Shown here piece after piece: positions 9,586 through 20,414 of a stretch of DNA of 45,889 nucleotides. Source of the stretch: a virus (lineage: Duplodnaviria; Heunggongvirae; Uroviricota; Caudoviricetes); IMG/VR virus record IMGVR_UViG_2576861104_000010, one strand, 5' to 3'. Each line of letters starts with the position of its first letter. Position 1 is the first letter of the stretch. The notes below the pieces were generated by a model that was not told the DNA's origin, searched no databases, and worked only from the letters and a program-made list of their open reading frames with translations. The position numbers and the translations under genes are program-made.

Positions 9586-9806
9586 TATCGGTTAACCAGT
9601 TCCTTGTTGGTGGAGTCCAGGGTGTCAAACAGGGATGCAAATTCAGCATCCAGCGCCGCTTTTTTGTAGGCTTCGAAAGTAGCCTTGCTGACAATTACTG
9701 CTGGCTCACGGCCTCTGCGGGTGATTTCAACCTCTTCCCCGGCCTCAACATTGTTGAGCACTTCAGAAAGGTTGCCGCGCGCGGTACGGAAGTTAATGGA
9801 TTGCAT
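9585..9806 (-). CDS. phd: Phd antitoxin, 73 aa
   Basis: [73 protein letters not shown] from the Met at 9806; stop overlaps the doc start. Confidence 0.95.
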   Translation of the reverse strand: MQSINFRTARGNLSEVLNNVEAGEEVEITRRGREPAVIVSKATFEAYKKAALDAEFASLFDTLDSTNKELVNR

Positions 9807-9813
9807 AAACACC

Positions 9814-9839
9814 TCGTGTACTCGTTATGTGTACACAAT
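9814..9839 (-). promoter_or_regulatory. phd/doc operator palindromes
   Basis: GTGTAC and GTGTACAC palindromic repeats immediately upstream of the phd start, as expected for Phd/Doc autoregulation. Confidence 0.5.
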
Positions 9840-9982
9840 TATAAACTTCACAGGCATAAAGCACCAGCACTTTGCGGCTTAACAAACCTCTAGGCAGGTC
9901 ATTCGTAGCCTAATGTCCGAACTGCTAAAGCATCCAAGTTGCTGTAGAATCACATCCAATTACATAAGCCTGAAATAAGTGG

Positions 9983-11545
9983 ATGAAAATGACAAGTATT
10001 CAACAACGTGCAGAGCTTCATCGTCAAATCTGGCAAATTGCTAACGATGTCAGGGGTTCGGTCGATGGATGGGATTTTAAGCAATACGTTCTGGGCGCAC
10101 TTTTCTACCGTTTTATCAGCGAAAATTTTTCCAGCTATATTGAAGCCGGTGATGACAGTATCTGTTATGCGAAACTGGATGACAGCGTAATTACTGATGA
10201 CATTAAAGACGATGCCATCAAAACCAAAGGCTACTTCATCTACCCAAGTCAGCTTTTCTGCAACGTAGCTGCGAAAGCAAATACTAATGACAGACTGAAT
10301 GCAGATTTAAACAGCATCTTCGTTGCTATCGAAAGTTCTGCTTACGGTTACCCTTCAGAAGCTGACATCAAAGGTTTGTTTGCTGATTTCGATACCACCA
10401 GTAACCGCCTGGGTAACACCGTTAAGGATAAAAATACCCGCCTGGCCGCGGTTCTGAAAGGGGTTGAAGGATTAAAACTTGGCGACTTCAACGAACATCA
10501 GATTGACCTGTTCGGCGATGCCTATGAGTTCCTGATTTCTAACTATGCGGCGAATGCCGGTAAGTCCGGCGGCGAGTTCTTTACACCGCAGCACGTCTCT
10601 AAGCTGATTGCACAACTGGCAATGCACGGCCAGACCCACGTTAACAAAATCTACGACCCGGCAGCAGGTTCCGGTTCGCTGTTATTGCAGGCTAAAAAGC
10701 AGTTTGATGACCACATCATCGAAGAAGGTTTTTTTGGTCAGGAGATCAACCATACGACCTATAACCTGGCGCGTATGAACATGTTTTTGCACAACATCAA
10801 CTACGACAAGTTTGATATCAAGCTGGGCAATACGCTGACTGAGCCGCACTTCAGAGATGAAAAACCGTTTGATGCCATCGTTTCTAACCCGCCGTATTCG
10901 GTGAAATGGATTGGCAGCGATGACCCGACGCTGATTAACGATGAACGTTTTGCCCCGGCTGGCGTTCTGGCCCCCAAATCCAAAGCTGACTTTGCGTTTG
11001 TATTACATGCGCTGAACTATCTTTCTGCCAAAGGTCGTGCTGCGATTGTCTGCTTCCCGGGCATTTTTTACCGTGGCGGCGCGGAGCAGAAAATCCGTCA
11101 GTATCTGGTTGACAATAACTATGTCGAAACCGTGATTTCACTCGCACCGAACCTGTTCTTTGGCACCACCATTGCCGTAAATATTCTGGTGCTGTCTAAA
11201 CATAAAACGGATACCAAAGTTCAGTTTATTGATGCCAGCGAACTGTTCAAAAAAGAGACTAACAACAACATTCTGACCGATGCCCATATCGAAAAAATTA
11301 TGCAGGTATTTTCCAGCAAAGAAGATGTTGCCCATCTGGCAAAATCTGTCGCGTTTGAGGCCGTTGTCGCGAATGACTATAACCTGTCAGTGAGCAGCTA
11401 TGTAGAAGTGAAAGATAACCGCGAAACTATCGATATTGCTGAGCTAAATGCTGAGCTGAAAACCACGGTCAGCAAAATCGACCAGTTGCGTAAAGATATT
11501 GATGCGATTGTGGCTGAAATTGAAGGCTGCGAGGTGCAGAAATGA
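9983..11545 (+). CDS. hsdM: Type I R-M methyltransferase subunit HsdM, 520 aa
   Basis: N6-adenine methyltransferase NPPY motif (IVSNPPYS), AdoMet-binding ([10 protein letters not shown]); 520 aa as in EcoR124-type HsdM; stop overlaps the hsdS start. Confidence 0.9.
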   Translation: MKMTSIQQRAELHRQIWQIANDVRGSVDGWDFKQYVLGALFYRFISENFSSYIEAGDDSICYAKLDDSVITDDIKDDAIKTKGYFIYPSQLFCNVAAKANTNDRLNADLNSIFVAIESSAYGYPSEADIKGLFADFDTTSNRLGNTVKDKNTRLAAVLKGVEGLKLGDFNEHQIDLFGDAYEFLISNYAANAGKSGGEFFTPQHVSKLIAQLAMHGQTHVNKIYDPAAGSGSLLLQAKKQFDDHIIEEGFFGQEINHTTYNLARMNMFLHNINYDKFDIKLGNTLTEPHFRDEKPFDAIVSNPPYSVKWIGSDDPTLINDERFAPAGVLAPKSKADFAFVLHALNYLSAKGRAAIVCFPGIFYRGGAEQKIRQYLVDNNYVETVISLAPNLFFGTTIAVNILVLSKHKTDTKVQFIDASELFKKETNNNILTDAHIEKIMQVFSSKEDVAHLAKSVAFEAVVANDYNLSVSSYVEVKDNRETIDIAELNAELKTTVSKIDQLRKDIDAIVAEIEGCEVQK

Positions 11546-12771
11546 GCGAGTTGAGTTATCTGGAAAAATTGCTGGATGGGGTTGAGGTTGAGTGGGTACC
11601 TGTATCAGAACTATTTCAAATTAAAAATGGGTATACACCTTCAAAATCCAAGAAAGAATTTTGGGAGAATGGAACCATTCCATGGTTCAGACTAGAAGAT
11701 GTCAGAGTCAATGGTAGGGAATTAAATGATTCTATCCAACACATAAATCCATTAGGAGTTAAAGGTTGTCTGTTCCCGAAAAACTCTATTTTCATGTCTA
11801 CAACAGCTACCATTGGGGAGTATGCTTTAGTAAGGGTCCCTTATTTAACAAATCAACAAATCACAAACTTTTCCATTTCTGAAAAATTCAGTGAAGCGGT
11901 CAATATAAAATATATTTTTTATAGGTTTTATGATTTCGGCAAGTGGTGTACGGAGAATGCTAATAAAAGTGGTGGAGTATCTATAATTGGACTCAAAAAA
12001 CTGTCTCAATATCAGTTCCCAATCCCTTGCCCGGATAATCCGGAAAAATCCCTTGCCATCCAGTCTGAAATCGTTCGGATTCTGGATAAATTTACTGCAC
12101 TTACCGCTGAGCTTACCGCTGAGCTTAACATGCGTAAAAAACAGTACAACTACTATCGTGACCAGTTGTTGAGGTTTAAAGAGGGTGAGGTTGAGTGGAA
12201 GGCATTGGATGATGTTTTTGACATTGTTGCAGGCGGCGATGCACCAAAAGATGCCTTATCCGAATTTGAGACCGAGGAATTCAGCATCCCCGTTTTATCA
12301 AACGGTATAGGTAATAAATCACTATATGGATGGACTGACAGAGCCAAGATTGAGAAACCGAGTCTCACCATATCTGCAAGAGGTACTATTGGATGGACTA
12401 GCTATAGAAGTAGACCATTCTTTCCGATAGTGCGACTGCTGGTCTTGACGCCAAAAATTAAATTAAACTTGAAGTACGCTTATTACTTCATGAAAACCAT
12501 TGAGAATAATTACAAAATCCCTGAGGCAGGCATACCCCAGCTAACTAAACCGATGCTCAAAGACATTAAAATCCCCTTCCCATGCCCCGGTAATCCGGAG
12601 GAATCTTATAACGAACAAGCCAGAATCGCAGCGACTCTCGACAAATTTGACGTCTTAACAAATTCGATTACCGAAGGTCTTCCGCGTGAAATCGAGTTGC
12701 GCCAGAAACAATACGAGTACTATCGTGATTTACTGTTCAGTTTCCCAAAACCCAAAACTGTCAGTAATTAA
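11542..12771 (+). CDS. hsdS: Type I R-M specificity subunit HsdS, 409 aa
   Basis: Two target-recognition domains separated by a conserved central region ([24 protein letters not shown]) with a matching C-terminal repeat ([18 protein letters not shown]); ATGA overlap with hsdM. Confidence 0.85.
   Translation: MSELSYLEKLLDGVEVEWVPVSELFQIKNGYTPSKSKKEFWENGTIPWFRLEDVRVNGRELNDSIQHINPLGVKGCLFPKNSIFMSTTATIGEYALVRVPYLTNQQITNFSISEKFSEAVNIKYIFYRFYDFGKWCTENANKSGGVSIIGLKKLSQYQFPIPCPDNPEKSLAIQSEIVRILDKFTALTAELTAELNMRKKQYNYYRDQLLRFKEGEVEWKALDDVFDIVAGGDAPKDALSEFETEEFSIPVLSNGIGNKSLYGWTDRAKIEKPSLTISARGTIGWTSYRSRPFFPIVRLLVLTPKIKLNLKYAYYFMKTIENNYKIPEAGIPQLTKPMLKDIKIPFPCPGNPEESYNEQARIAATLDKFDVLTNSITEGLPREIELRQKQYEYYRDLLFSFPKPKTVSN
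12103..12126 (+). repeat. Two tandem copies of a 12-bp repeat (ACCGCTGAGCTT) in the hsdS central conserved region
   Basis: Read directly; encodes TAEL-TAEL. In EcoR124I versus EcoR124II the copy number of this repeat sets the spacer length of the recognition site. Confidence 0.8.
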
Positions 12772-12892
12772 TTGACCATTGCTACAGACCGGCTCACCTT
12801 AACATCCGGTCAGTATATAGACTATTTTTTACACGCCGGAAGTCACTCTTAACTCCCTTCCGGCCCTTGCCAGACGGCACAAAGGATGCGCT

Positions 12893-15800
12893 ATGACTCA
12901 TCAGACACACACCATTGCTGAATCCAATAACTTTATCGTTCTTGATAAGTACATCAAAGCTGAGCAAACAGGCGACAGCTATCAGAGCGAATCGGACCTG
13001 GAACGTGAACTGATTCAGGACCTACAAAATCAGGGCTATGAATTTATAGCCGTAAAATCTCAGTCAGCGATGCTGGCCAATGCTCGGGAACAGCTTCAGA
13101 GCCTCAATGGTGTGGTGTTTAATGACAGCGAGTGGCGGCGTTTCACGGAGCAGTATCTGGACAACCCGAGCGATGGCATTCTGGATAAGACCCGTAAAAT
13201 CCATATCGACTATATCTGCGACTTTATTTTTGACGACGGGCGTCTTGAGAACATCTATCTGATCGATAAAAAGAATCTCATGCGCAACAAAGTGCAGATT
13301 ATCCAGCAGTTTGAACAGGCAGGTTCTCACGCTAACCGTTATGACGTAACTATCCTGGTTAATGGCTTGCCGCTGGTGCAAATCGAACTGAAAAAACGCG
13401 GCGTGGCGATTCGTGAAGCGTTCAACCAGATACACCGTTACAGCAAAGAGAGTTTTAACAGCGAAAATTCTCTGTTTAAGTATCTGCAACTGTTTGTCAT
13501 TTCCAACGGTACCGATACCCGTTATTTTGCCAACACAACAAAGCGCGATAAAAACAGTTTTGACTTCACCATGAACTGGGCGAAATCAGACAACACGCTG
13601 ATTAAAGACCTCAAAGATTTTACCGCTACCTTTTTCCAGAAACATACTCTGCTGAATGTTCTGGTGAACTACAGCGTGTTTGACAGTAGTCAGACGCTAC
13701 TGGTGATGCGACCGTACCAGATTGCAGCTACCGAACGAATTTTATGGAAAATCAACAGCTCCTATAAAGCGAAAAACTGGTCTAACCCCGAAAGCGGTGG
13801 CTTTATCTGGCACACCACTGGTTCCGGTAAAACACTGACCAGCTTTAAAGCCGCGCGTCTGGCAACAGAACTGGACTTTATTGATAAAGTCTTCTTCGTG
13901 GTCGACAGGAAAGACCTCGATTACCAGACCATGAAGGAATATCAGCGTTTTTCGCCAGATAGTGTTAACGGCTCGGAAAATACAGCAGGTCTTAAACGAA
14001 ATCTGGATAAGGACGATAACAAAATTATCGTCACCACTATTCAGAAACTTAATAACCTGATGAAAGCAGAAAGCGACCTGCCTGTATACAATCAGCAAGT
14101 GGTGTTTATATTTGATGAATGCCACCGCAGCCAGTTTGGAGAAGCGCAGAAAAACCTGAAGAAGAAATTCAAACGCTATTATCAGTTTGGTTTTACCGGC
14201 ACACCTATTTTCCCGGAAAACGCCTTAGGCTCAGAAACGACCGCCAGCGTATTTGGTCGTGAATTGCATTCGTATGTAATTACCGATGCGATTCGTGATG
14301 AAAAAGTGCTCAAATTCAAGGTGGACTACAACGATGTGCGGCCACAGTTTAAGTCTTTAGAGACAGAAACTGACGAGAAAAAACTGAGTGCGGCTGAAAA
14401 TCAGCAGGCGTTTCTTCATCCCATGCGTATTCAGGAAATCACGCAATATATTCTGAATAACTTCCGCCAGAAAACCCACCGTACCTTCCCTGGCTCAAAA
14501 GGTTTTAATGCTATGTTGGCAGTGAGCAGCGTGGATGCTGCAAAAGCCTATTACGCGACGTTTAAACGGTTACAAGAGGAAGCAGCTAATAAATCGGCCA
14601 CCTATAAACCGCTGCATATTGCGACAATCTTCTCCTTTGCTGCCAATGAAGAACAAAATGCCATTGGTGAAATTTCCGATGAAACTTTTGATACCAGCGC
14701 AATGGACAGCAGTGCTAAAGAGTTTCTTGATGCTGCAATTCGTGAGTATAACAGCTATTTTAAAACTAACTTCAGCACCGACAGTAACGGTTTTCAGAAC
14801 TACTATCGTGATTTAGCCCAACGGGTTAAAAATCAGGATATCGATCTGTTAATTGTCGTGGGGATGTTTTTAACTGGCTTCGATGCTCCAACATTGAACA
14901 CGCTATTCGTCGATAAAAACCTGCGTTTTCACGGCCTGATGCAGGCATTTTCCCGCACCAACCGTATTTATGATGCAACTAAAACCTTCGGTAATATCGT
15001 CACTTTCCGGGATCTGGAACGCTCAACTATTGATGCCATAACGCTGTTTGGTGACAAAAACACCAAAAATGTGGTTTTAGAAAAGAGTTATGCAGAGTAT
15101 ATGGAAGGCTTTACTGATGCTGCCACTGGTGAAGCTAAGCGCGGCTTTATGGCAGTAGTTTCAGAACTGGAACAACGGTTCCCTGACCCTGCCAGTATTG
15201 AAAGTGAAAAAGAGAAGAAAGACTTCGTTAAACTGTTTGGTGAATACCTGCGTGCCGAGAACATCCTGCAAAACTATGATGAATTTGCCACGCTGAAAGC
15301 CCTGCAACAAATCGATCTTAGCGATCCTGTTGCGGTAGAAAAATTCAAAGAAGAACATTATGTGGATGATGAAAAGTTCGCTGAATTGCAAACGATTCGT
15401 CTCCCTGCTGAACGCAAGATTCAGGATTATCGTTCTGCCTATAACGATATTCGTGACTGGCTGCGCCGTGAGAAAGAAGCTGAGAAAAAAGAGAAATCAA
15501 CCACTGACTGGGATGACGTAGTTTTTGAGGTCGATTTGCTGAAGTCTCAGGAAATAAACCTGGATTATATCCTTGGACTGATTTTCGAACACAACAGACA
15601 AAATAAAGGCAAGGGCGAAATGATCGAAGAGGTCAAACGCTTAATTCGTTCAAGCCTGGGGAACCGTGCTAAAGAGGGCCTGGTGGTCGATTTTATTCAG
15701 CAAACGAACCTGGATGATTTACCGGACAAAGCCAGCATCATTGACGCATTCTTTACGTTTGCTCAACGCGAACAGCAACGTGAAGCAGAAGCATTGATAA

Positions 15801-16009
15801 AAGAAGAAAATCTCAATGAAGAGGCAGCAAAACGTTATATTCGCACGTCTTTAAAACGCGAATACGCCACCGAAAATGGCACAGAATTAAACGAAACATT
15901 ACCAAAACTTAGTCCGTTGAATCCGCAATATAAAACGAAAAAACAGGCAGTTTTCCAGAAAATAGTCTCGTTTATTGAGAAGTTTAAAGGCGTAGGCGGA
16001 AAAATATAG
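12893..16009 (+). CDS. hsdR: Type I restriction endonuclease subunit HsdR, 1038 aa
   Basis: Helicase motifs (TTGSGKT Walker A, DECHRS motif II) and 1038-aa size typical of type IC HsdR; separate promoter region after hsdS. Confidence 0.9.
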   Translation: MTHQTHTIAESNNFIVLDKYIKAEQTGDSYQSESDLERELIQDLQNQGYEFIAVKSQSAMLANAREQLQSLNGVVFNDSEWRRFTEQYLDNPSDGILDKTRKIHIDYICDFIFDDGRLENIYLIDKKNLMRNKVQIIQQFEQAGSHANRYDVTILVNGLPLVQIELKKRGVAIREAFNQIHRYSKESFNSENSLFKYLQLFVISNGTDTRYFANTTKRDKNSFDFTMNWAKSDNTLIKDLKDFTATFFQKHTLLNVLVNYSVFDSSQTLLVMRPYQIAATERILWKINSSYKAKNWSNPESGGFIWHTTGSGKTLTSFKAARLATELDFIDKVFFVVDRKDLDYQTMKEYQRFSPDSVNGSENTAGLKRNLDKDDNKIIVTTIQKLNNLMKAESDLPVYNQQVVFIFDECHRSQFGEAQKNLKKKFKRYYQFGFTGTPIFPENALGSETTASVFGRELHSYVITDAIRDEKVLKFKVDYNDVRPQFKSLETETDEKKLSAAENQQAFLHPMRIQEITQYILNNFRQKTHRTFPGSKGFNAMLAVSSVDAAKAYYATFKRLQEEAANKSATYKPLHIATIFSFAANEEQNAIGEISDETFDTSAMDSSAKEFLDAAIREYNSYFKTNFSTDSNGFQNYYRDLAQRVKNQDIDLLIVVGMFLTGFDAPTLNTLFVDKNLRFHGLMQAFSRTNRIYDATKTFGNIVTFRDLERSTIDAITLFGDKNTKNVVLEKSYAEYMEGFTDAATGEAKRGFMAVVSELEQRFPDPASIESEKEKKDFVKLFGEYLRAENILQNYDEFATLKALQQIDLSDPVAVEKFKEEHYVDDEKFAELQTIRLPAERKIQDYRSAYNDIRDWLRREKEAEKKEKSTTDWDDVVFEVDLLKSQEINLDYILGLIFEHNRQNKGKGEMIEEVKRLIRSSLGNRAKEGLVVDFIQQTNLDDLPDKASIIDAFFTFAQREQQREAEALIKEENLNEEAAKRYIRTSLKREYATENGTELNETLPKLSPLNPQYKTKKQAVFQKIVSFIEKFKGVGGKI

Positions 16010-16087
16010 CCTAATTCGTGTTTTTCTTGCGGGTTCTTAATTAAACCCGCATGAGACCGTGGGGTTCCAAATGGCTAATATACTCCC

Positions 16088-16174
16088 TTACCCATGCGCG
16101 ACGATGCCGCCAAAAGTGATAGAGAACAGCCAGAAATAGATCGCGGCCATAATGATTTTGAATGCCGTGTTCAT
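16088..16174 (-). CDS. Candidate small hydrophobic peptide, 28 aa (MNTAFKIIMAAIYFWLFSITFGGIVAHG)
   Basis: ATG preceded by AGGAG; overlaps a plus-strand GATTGATTGGAT motif and a hairpin plus T-run; below the ORF-track size cutoff. Could be a type I toxin-like peptide or chance. Confidence 0.3.
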   Translation of the reverse strand: MNTAFKIIMAAIYFWLFSITFGGIVAHG

Positions 16175-16256
16175 ATTTTCAGCTCCTGTGATTGATTGGA
16201 TACATGCCGCGCCTTGCGGCATGTTTTTATTTTCACTTTCTCTGCTTTAAAAAGCA

Positions 16257-16273
16257 AGATTTATTAGAGCAAT
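16257..16273 (-). promoter_or_regulatory. C1 operator-like site at the 3' end of the HAD gene
   Basis: Reverse complement ATTGCTCTAATAAATCT, one mismatch to consensus. Confidence 0.6.
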
Positions 16274-16779
16274 TATTGTTGATGAAGAAGCGCATTTTCG
16301 TACTCTCTGACCATTAACGTAAGCACGCCGTGATGCCTGAAAACACGCGCTACTTCAATCTTATCTTCCAGCGCGAACGCAATTTTACTTAGACCAATTT
16401 TCTTAAGGAGATCAATCTTTGCTGGACCATCATTTCTGTCATCGGTGGCAGGACGCATAGATAGCAAAGGCTCAGCCCCGTTTGTTACGTGCTTACGCAA
16501 CCAGGCTCGTGTTTTATCCCTGGCTATCTCACAGCGCCCGGTTACAAACCAGAGCGTGTAAATGCAGGACAACTGGCGCACCATATCAATAACTGGAGTT
16601 ATGGGTGTATCGGTGTCACAGGCGAGATTAAACTCGTTCCAGTCCTTTGTTAATGCACCTTTGCCTGGTGGCGGAAGCAAATGCAGCCTGTCTTCAGTTG
16701 CTTCTGATATTGTTCCATCAATATCGACTACGACGATGTACGGACGTTCCAGGTGTGCCTGTTTGTTGAAAATACTCAA
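16273..16779 (-). CDS. HAD-superfamily phosphatase-like protein, 168 aa
   Basis: Motif I VVVDIDGT (DxDGT), motif II-like WFVTGR, acidic motif ATDDRNDG; small HAD phosphatase fold, substrate unknown. Confidence 0.6.
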   Translation of the reverse strand: MSIFNKQAHLERPYIVVVDIDGTISEATEDRLHLLPPPGKGALTKDWNEFNLACDTDTPITPVIDMVRQLSCIYTLWFVTGRCEIARDKTRAWLRKHVTNGAEPLLSMRPATDDRNDGPAKIDLLKKIGLSKIAFALEDKIEVARVFRHHGVLTLMVREYENALLHQQ

Positions 16780-16851
16780 ATGCCCTCCTCATTGGACGAA
16801 AAAAATGCTGGTGGGTGCACTCCACCAGCATTAAAAGTGACACTGTAACTA

Positions 16852-18114
16852 TCAGCGAACGTAAATAGTACCGCCGTTCTCTTTTTCCCATGCATCGCTA
16901 CGTGCATAGCAAACATCGAGAAGTCTTCTTGCCGCTGTTTCCTCTAAACCCAATTCGACAACCAACTGCTCATGACGGCGGGTAACCACATCAAACAGGG
17001 TATGCAGCCCTTTAGCTGCCAGATCATCAATAAATTCCGGTTCGAACGGCAGCTCTGCCTCTGCCAACATAACCTCTTGCGCCCACTCAACTCGACGGAC
17101 CAGTTCCGGGCGGCGGCTTTCCATCTCTTTACAGATCAATTCATGGAAGAACTCTACCCAACCTTCCGGCTGGAACTCGCGGAAAATGGCCAACGGCTGG
17201 AAGTTTGGCATCAACCATTCGTTGATACGGATATCAATGGCATAGCCCATGTCGCAGCAGAACTGATAAGCAAAGTCCAGCTTAGAAACGATATAAGGAC
17301 GCTCGTTATTGAACTCTTTAGGCGATGAGATCCCATAAGCCAGGAGGCGCGGGAAGAATGAGATTTGCCCTAACGTCGGATGAAGTTTGCTTGCAGGGAA
17401 ATGGCGCTCAGTAATGCCATACATTTCCTTCTTGAGCGTCGCAAATTTGGCATTCTCATTAACCAGCGCGGTAACCTCTGCTTTTTTATTAGCAAATGCC
17501 ACGCGCGCTTCGCTTGCATCTTTAATAGTTTTTTTGAGCTGTTGGTTAAGGTCGGCGACCTGTTTACGCAGTTCCTGCCGCTCGCTTTTAGCTTTGTTAT
17601 AGCGTTTCTCAAGGTTAAAAGGATCAAGTTTCATGATCTCTTTATATTGAGATTTTAGCGTTGAAATCTGTGAGTTCCGCAGTTCAACCATCGCGGTCAT
17701 TTCATTGAGTTTTGTTTCCAGCTCAATGCTTATACGTTCGGCATTATCAGCACGCTGGTTGGCGTCATGCGTCGCATCGTCGATCGCGTCCTGTTGCTGG
17801 CGTTTCAAATGTTCAATTTGCAGCTGAAGCTCTTCAATTTCTTTACCCTTCAGACCGAGATCCAACTGCATATTTTCAGCTGCATCTACCAGGGAGTTAT
17901 GGCTATCAGCTTCTGCGTTATAAACATCAATAAGCTGTGCGTGAAGCATCTCCGCTGACTGAACCGCATTATCAAAAAAACGTGCTGTGAGGTCATCACA
18001 ACTAACGCGGCGTTGCGCGGCCCGGATGTTCTGGATAATGGCCGGGATACCGGCATTCAGGACATCAGGGATAGATACATTTTCGATTGATTGGTTTTGT
18101 GCTGAAGTGCTCAT
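16852..18114 (-). CDS. Hypothetical protein with long N-terminal coiled coil and uncharacterised C-terminal domain, 420 aa
   Basis: Heptad-rich, charged residues about 60-230; no Walker or other catalytic motifs seen; first gene product after a C1-operator pair. Confidence 0.55.
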   Translation of the reverse strand: MSTSAQNQSIENVSIPDVLNAGIPAIIQNIRAAQRRVSCDDLTARFFDNAVQSAEMLHAQLIDVYNAEADSHNSLVDAAENMQLDLGLKGKEIEELQLQIEHLKRQQQDAIDDATHDANQRADNAERISIELETKLNEMTAMVELRNSQISTLKSQYKEIMKLDPFNLEKRYNKAKSERQELRKQVADLNQQLKKTIKDASEARVAFANKKAEVTALVNENAKFATLKKEMYGITERHFPASKLHPTLGQISFFPRLLAYGISSPKEFNNERPYIVSKLDFAYQFCCDMGYAIDIRINEWLMPNFQPLAIFREFQPEGWVEFFHELICKEMESRRPELVRRVEWAQEVMLAEAELPFEPEFIDDLAAKGLHTLFDVVTRRHEQLVVELGLEETAARRLLDVCYARSDAWEKENGGTIYVR

Positions 18115-18115
18115 T

Positions 18116-18334
18116 TCAAAGTTCCGTATTAGCTTGTGCTTCGGTCATTTTTCCTAAGTATGAAGGTGGAAGGACTACGCAATTTGTATCCAGTCCCTCA
18201 CCTATGGCAGCCTGTAAAATTCTGGCTAAGGTGAGTCTCTTGTTGCGATACCTGGTGATGACATGCCTGATACCGCCGGTCGGCGTAACAAAGGCGATCA
18301 GCCAGTAGTGATATTTCCGTCGGAATGGCCACAT
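18116..18334 (-). CDS. Small hypothetical protein, 72 aa
   Basis: ORF immediately downstream of the C1-operator pair; stop abuts the start of the 420-aa gene. Confidence 0.4.
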   Translation of the reverse strand: MWPFRRKYHYWLIAFVTPTGGIRHVITRYRNKRLTLARILQAAIGEGLDTNCVVLPPSYLGKMTEAQANTEL

Positions 18335-18348
18335 AGTGCACCCTGTAG

Positions 18349-18365
18349 ATTGCTCTAATAAAAAA
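18349..18365 (+). promoter_or_regulatory. C1 operator (left of a facing pair)
   Basis: ATTGCTCTAATAAAAAA. Confidence 0.65.
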
Positions 18366-18397
18366 CTTGATGAGTGTACATCACGTTTTAAAAATAT

Positions 18398-18414
18398 GGA
18401 ATTATTAGAGCAAT
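18398..18414 (-). promoter_or_regulatory. C1 operator (right of a facing pair)
   Basis: Reverse complement ATTGCTCTAATAATTCC; with 18349-18365 it forms an inverted pair about 50 bp apart around a promoter-like AT-rich core. Confidence 0.65.
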
Positions 18415-18415
18415 A

Positions 18416-19117
18416 TTATTCTGATGCTTGCTCAAAAAATGAGCTGATAAGGGGAAGCCAATCCTCTGACACTTCGCGAGGTCGCGGTTTGCCGTGGAAA
18501 AAGATTATTCGGCAGTCTTTTGGTAATGCCCCATTCCCCCTGGAGTAACGCGCGCTCGCATATTTTGAACCAGGTTCCACAACATCGGCCTTGTAACTTA
18601 CAAACCATCCTGGATACAGATCCTGAAATGCTGGTGTATCATCGCCCATAACCTTTCGTAAGAACCCCTGGTCACCCCAGCACTCAGTAGTGACACAACG
18701 AGAAATCCAACCTTCCGGATCTTGCCAGAATGAACTCCAGATATGCGCTTTAACACTATTTGGTATCCACAGGGCACCGCTGCCACGATATTGTGGATGG
18801 TAAAAATCCCTAAGCATGGTGAAGCTGGTTGGTGGATGCTCTAGGATTGGGCGTATATCACCAGCAATAACCGTGTCCAAATCCAGATAGAACAGATCAT
18901 CGGTTATATCCGGTCGGAACAACTCGATTTTCGCCCACCAGCCACGGCACTTTTGCCACTGGTTGATCAATGGGACAACTTTGACGCCAGGTACATGTAA
19001 ACGCTTCAGGTCTGTCAGGCAAATAATTTCATAGCCTTTTGGCAGTTGATTAACCAGCCACTGCACATCGGAAGCGTTATAGTCACCACCAGAGCGAAAA
19101 ACTAAAGCAATCTTCAT
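18416..19117 (-). CDS. Hypothetical protein, possibly a GT-A-like glycosyltransferase, 233 aa
   Basis: Hydrophobic stretch then DLD (FYLDLDTV), resembling a DxD nucleotide-sugar-binding motif; assignment is weak. Confidence 0.45.
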   Translation of the reverse strand: MKIALVFRSGGDYNASDVQWLVNQLPKGYEIICLTDLKRLHVPGVKVVPLINQWQKCRGWWAKIELFRPDITDDLFYLDLDTVIAGDIRPILEHPPTSFTMLRDFYHPQYRGSGALWIPNSVKAHIWSSFWQDPEGWISRCVTTECWGDQGFLRKVMGDDTPAFQDLYPGWFVSYKADVVEPGSKYASARYSRGNGALPKDCRIIFFHGKPRPREVSEDWLPLISSFFEQASE

Positions 19118-19806
19118 GCTGCACCATCACCTTTCACTTTCATCAATGTCAGGTTTCCGCAAAATACGGCACCAGTGTCGATATACTGCTGATTCCAGAA
19201 TGTCTTCGGGCTTTTCACCGGAGTGTGACCAAAGATAAAACGATCTGCGCCCGAAATTTCGCCACCAATATCATCCATCGAATCACTGATACGCTCGCGC
19301 GCCCAGACAACGTTGAAAAGCGGCACCTCCTTACCGAATTGGTATTCATTATCCGGATAGTCGGCATGGGCTATAACGATAGTTTCTTGCCCGGTGTTCA
19401 ACTCAATGATATAGGGCAGACGCTTTACCAGCTCCACCAGCGCCCAGGCTAATATTTCCTGATCAGTGTCCAGCATGAAGAACCATTGTCCGCCATTCAT
19501 TAGCCAGTTATTCACGTTGCCATCTGGACTTAACGCATCAATCATCAGCCGCTCATGGTTCCCCATCACTGCCCTGAACCAGGGCATCTGCAATAGTTCC
19601 AGACATTCGACATTTTCAGTACCGCGATCGATAAGGTCGCCGACCGATATCAGTAAATCCTGCGCCGGGTCAAAATCCACACGATGGAGTTCGGACATCA
19701 GTCTGGTGTAGCAACCATGCAGATCACCAACAACCCAGACATTCCTGTATTTGGTACCGTCGATACGGTGATAAATTGTGGGTGCCATCATGTATTCTTC
19801 AGCCAT
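19114..19806 (-). CDS. ppp: Ser/Thr protein phosphatase (lambda-phosphatase-like metallophosphoesterase), 230 aa
   Basis: Motifs GDLHG, GDLIDRG, GNHE; P1 carries a homologous ppp gene. Confidence 0.8.
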   Translation of the reverse strand: MAEEYMMAPTIYHRIDGTKYRNVWVVGDLHGCYTRLMSELHRVDFDPAQDLLISVGDLIDRGTENVECLELLQMPWFRAVMGNHERLMIDALSPDGNVNNWLMNGGQWFFMLDTDQEILAWALVELVKRLPYIIELNTGQETIVIAHADYPDNEYQFGKEVPLFNVVWARERISDSMDDIGGEISGADRFIFGHTPVKSPKTFWNQQYIDTGAVFCGNLTLMKVKGDGAA

Positions 19807-20414
19807 TCTTTAAGAGTCATCTGCGGAATACCTCCCATTTTCCCGCATGAAACAACGTCAATCTGTTCACGCGCAGACTGGAATAACAAAGGCAGGTGAC
19901 TTAGATTTTTTGGCGTGCCGCCGGAGTGAACGCGTAGTTCTTGCGTAGCGTCAACGCCCACCAGAGCTACATGTTTGAATCCGATATGGAAAGCCAGGTT
20001 CAGAGCACCATATGCACTATTGCCGCTGGCAATTTCATTCTCATCTTCGCAAAGGCCGAAATGTGCGGACCAGCGCCACGCCCACCACTCGGGAGAATTC
20101 GTATTTTTTGGCTCCATGCCGCGTTCAGCCACACGACGGAAGCACAGAACGCCATCTCTGACTTCACGTTCTTTAACATCGGGTAGTGCCATGCAATAAC
20201 AAACACCACGGCGACGGCGGCCACGACCAACGCGCCGCATATTGTCTGGGGATGGATCAAGGGTGAAAAAATAAGAAGCGCGGTTAAGCCAGTCGATGGC
20301 CCCATTGACCGCTATAATCGGCACTCCGCGCGGCGCAACAAAGTTTGCGGCGCTTGGGCCACTGCCGACGATAATAACGCGATCACTGCCTCTAAATTTA
20401 TTCTTGGGAAACAT
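19788..20414 (-). CDS. Rossmann-like protein with GSGPS motif (DUF115/MptE/Maf-like), 208 aa
   Basis: N-terminal [13 protein letters not shown]; paralogous to the upstream gene; its start overlaps that gene's 3' end by about 100 bp in another frame. Confidence 0.5.
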   Translation of the reverse strand: MFPKNKFRGSDRVIIVGSGPSAANFVAPRGVPIIAVNGAIDWLNRASYFFTLDPSPDNMRRVGRGRRRRGVCYCMALPDVKEREVRDGVLCFRRVAERGMEPKNTNSPEWWAWRWSAHFGLCEDENEIASGNSAYGALNLAFHIGFKHVALVGVDATQELRVHSGGTPKNLSHLPLLFQSAREQIDVVSCGKMGGIPQMTLKEWLKNT

